Of a stretch of 64,000 bases of DNA, positions 62,118-64,000 are shown one piece after another. Source of the stretch: Verrucomicrobiota bacterium (GTDB lineage: Bacteria > Verrucomicrobiota > Verrucomicrobiia > Limisphaerales > UBA9464); contig VHCG01000016.1 in assembly GCA_016871805.1 (NCBI GenBank), forward strand, positions 776 to 64,775. Direction: 5' to 3'. Every line of letters begins with the position of its first letter. Position 1 is the stretch's first letter. The translations under genes and the position numbers were made by a program. The notes under the pieces were generated by a model. That model was given only the letters and a program-made list of their open reading frames with translations, ran no database searches and had not been told where the DNA came from.

Positions 62118-62909
62118 TCAGAACGCCACTGCGAGCCCGACCAGGATATAGACGTCCGGAGTGACAGCGGTAAGCCCTGCCGCGGCATTGGTGAACGCCG
62201 CCAACCGGTCCCAAGGCACCCAGACGAACCCACCCCCGATCGCACAGGACGGAGGCCCATCGCCCAGGGAACCGTAGCCATTGACAAAGACGTCGACCGG
62301 GCCAAGCAGCTCGCGCTGGAAGGCCCAGGACAGCGCAGCGGGGAACTGGGCGGCCCCGTCGGCGTCGAGCCTTCTGAAGAAGCCGACATTGTATTCAAAG
62401 GCGATCCCCAGCGGGAATCCCTGGTCGAAATTGAACGACAGAGCCGGGTTCCACCCCTGACGCAGGGCCGGGCTCGCCCACTCGGTCTCGAGGGCGAACT
62501 CGACCCCGGCCGCTGGGAGATGCCGTTGGACATCCTCGTCCAACACATGCCACTTGAGGTCGAGGACCTGCGGGGACAGCTCTCGGGTGCCTTCGCTTCC
62601 ACGAACCTCGGTATAACCCGACGAGAACAGCCGCAGCTCGAGGTCATCGATCAACCCGTATCGAAGCAGATAGCCAGCACTGTAGGATCCCGAGGATCCC
62701 GAGTTCGGCGTGCTGAGGTTGACGGGTGACAGTTCCACGTAGGCCCGCCCCTGCGGCAGCGTGAATGCGCTGTTTGGGAAATTGGCTGGGTCTGGTCCAG
62801 GGTTCCGGATCGAATACTCCTCAGCCAGCGCAGACATTGCTGGCTCCAACCAGAGTCCGAGCAAAAGGCCGGCACCTCATACTGGGCGATGCAAGACAGT
62901 CAACTGCAT
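62118..62909 (-). pseudogene. outer-membrane beta-barrel (MetA-pathway 'transporter'-like) with an in-frame TGA in its signal peptide
   Basis: FTLPQG..VE, LLRYGL.DDLELRL, alternating beta strands and terminal Phe. Upstream in frame: ATG 62909 MQLTVLHRPV*GAGLLLGLWLEPAMSALA, with TGA at 62877-62879. Confidence 0.6.
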
Positions 62910-63126
62910 CGACCGGAATCTGGGTCTAGGCAAAAGCAACTCGCGGCGCCCGACGGTCTCAACAGCGCATTCGCGGGAAAATCCAGCGGTGGCGCTGGGC
63001 CTCAAGGGATGCATGATCGCAACGCTGATGATGAACCGAATCCCGACGCAAGGTCATCCTGCAGCAGCCGCTCGTTGACTTGGTCGAAGCCGTGCAGTAC
63101 CTGAAAAGGCCAGTAATCCTTGTCCA

Positions 63127-63747
63127 ATGAGCCTCGTACTGACCCAGCAGGTCCTCGTCCTAAACCGTCTCTGGCAGGCGGTGAACATCTGCTCGGTGCG
63201 ACGTGCCCTATCGCTCCTGTTCGAAGGCCATGCCCAGGTCGTGCAGGACAACCTGCAGGGTGATTTCAAGACCTACACGTTCGATCAGTGGCGGGATCTG
63301 TCACGGCTGGGTCCTGATGGGGAATCCCTCGGTACCGTCTCCTTCCGGATGCGCATCCCGCGGGTGATCCTTCTCCAAGTGTTCGACAGGCTCCCAAAAA
63401 AGGAGGTCAAGTTCACCCGTCACAACATCTTCGAACGGGATGGCAACACCTGCCAGTACTGCGGTCGAATCTTCGACCGGAGGGATCTCAACCTCGACCA
63501 CGTGGTACCCCGGGACCGCGGTGGACCGACGCAGTGGGACAACATCGTCTGCTCCTGCATCCCCTGTAACACAAGGAAGGCGAACCGGACGCCGGCCGAG
63601 GCAGGCATGCGCCTGATCCGCAAACCCAAGCGACCCAAGTGGCGGCCATTTGTGCAGGTGAACTTTGGCGCACCGATCCACGAGTCATGGCGCCACTTCC
63701 TCGATCTTGCGTATTGGAACGTCGAGCTCGGGCAGGAGATGAATTGA
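63127..63747 (+). CDS. HNH endonuclease (McrA/COG1403-like)
   Basis: VLVLNR.WQ..RRAL.LL, P.VILL, NIFERD..TCQYCG, LDHVVPR.RGG...W.N.V..C..CN.RK.NRTP.EAGM. Confidence 0.92.
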   Translation: MSLVLTQQVLVLNRLWQAVNICSVRRALSLLFEGHAQVVQDNLQGDFKTYTFDQWRDLSRLGPDGESLGTVSFRMRIPRVILLQVFDRLPKKEVKFTRHNIFERDGNTCQYCGRIFDRRDLNLDHVVPRDRGGPTQWDNIVCSCIPCNTRKANRTPAEAGMRLIRKPKRPKWRPFVQVNFGAPIHESWRHFLDLAYWNVELGQEMN

Positions 63748-64000
63748 CGTCGGGGAGGGACTGACTGAGCCGCTCGGGATTTCGGTAGCGGCAATGAGGA
63801 GAATGAACCGGATCCACCTTGGGTGGAGACTTTCCAGGAGGCAGTCGTGCGCTCCGGTCCGCTTTTCAGCTAGGCTCCATGGAGCGCCCCGTGCCCGTCA
63901 CCCCGCCTCACGCGCGCTGTTGCCGGGCCTGTGATTGTTGTTCCGGCTGATCCGCCGGAGGAACCTCAACCTCCGCATCTGCCCTGCTTCCCCATCTCCC

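Overview
GC-rich bacterial chromosome segment, most likely Verrucomicrobiota (Pedosphaerales/Limisphaerales-like). This placement is inferred from a DUF1559-type prepilin, a PVC-type multidomain propeller protein and the PVC-type EF-Tu switch-I variant. The core backbone comprises rpmI-rplT, pyrC, sodA, feoA-feoA-feoB, galE, hisB, an ECF sigma/anti-sigma pair, gyrB-gyrA, nadD, glgA, an FKBP, alkA, tRNA-Thr-tuf-tRNA-Trp-tRNA-Ser-secE-nusG-rplK and leuC. The first ~7 kb is a decaying accessory/defence region with an EVE-HNH (VcaM4I-like) modification-dependent nuclease, an unknown 218-aa gene and a broken paralog of that gene 4.4 kb downstream. Two AT-richer surface-glycan inserts are present (an OafA-like acyltransferase and a Wzy/WaaL-like protein). 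The best candidates for undescribed systems are two operons: (i) translationally coupled phnA + DUF1559 pilin-like protein + LamG-purple acid phosphatase + class III aminotransferase, with no phnW/phnY in the window; and (ii) Gfo/Idh/MocA + HAD + deoxyhypusine-synthase-like + HldE-like kinase + ApbE. Also notable: an unassigned TA-like gene pair, an orphan PrnC-like halogenase, rplK terminated without rplA, and an in-frame TGA in the signal peptide of an outer-membrane barrel gene. No CRISPR array, rRNA or intact transposase/integrase was seen. All family calls come from motif recognition by eye; no database searches were run.
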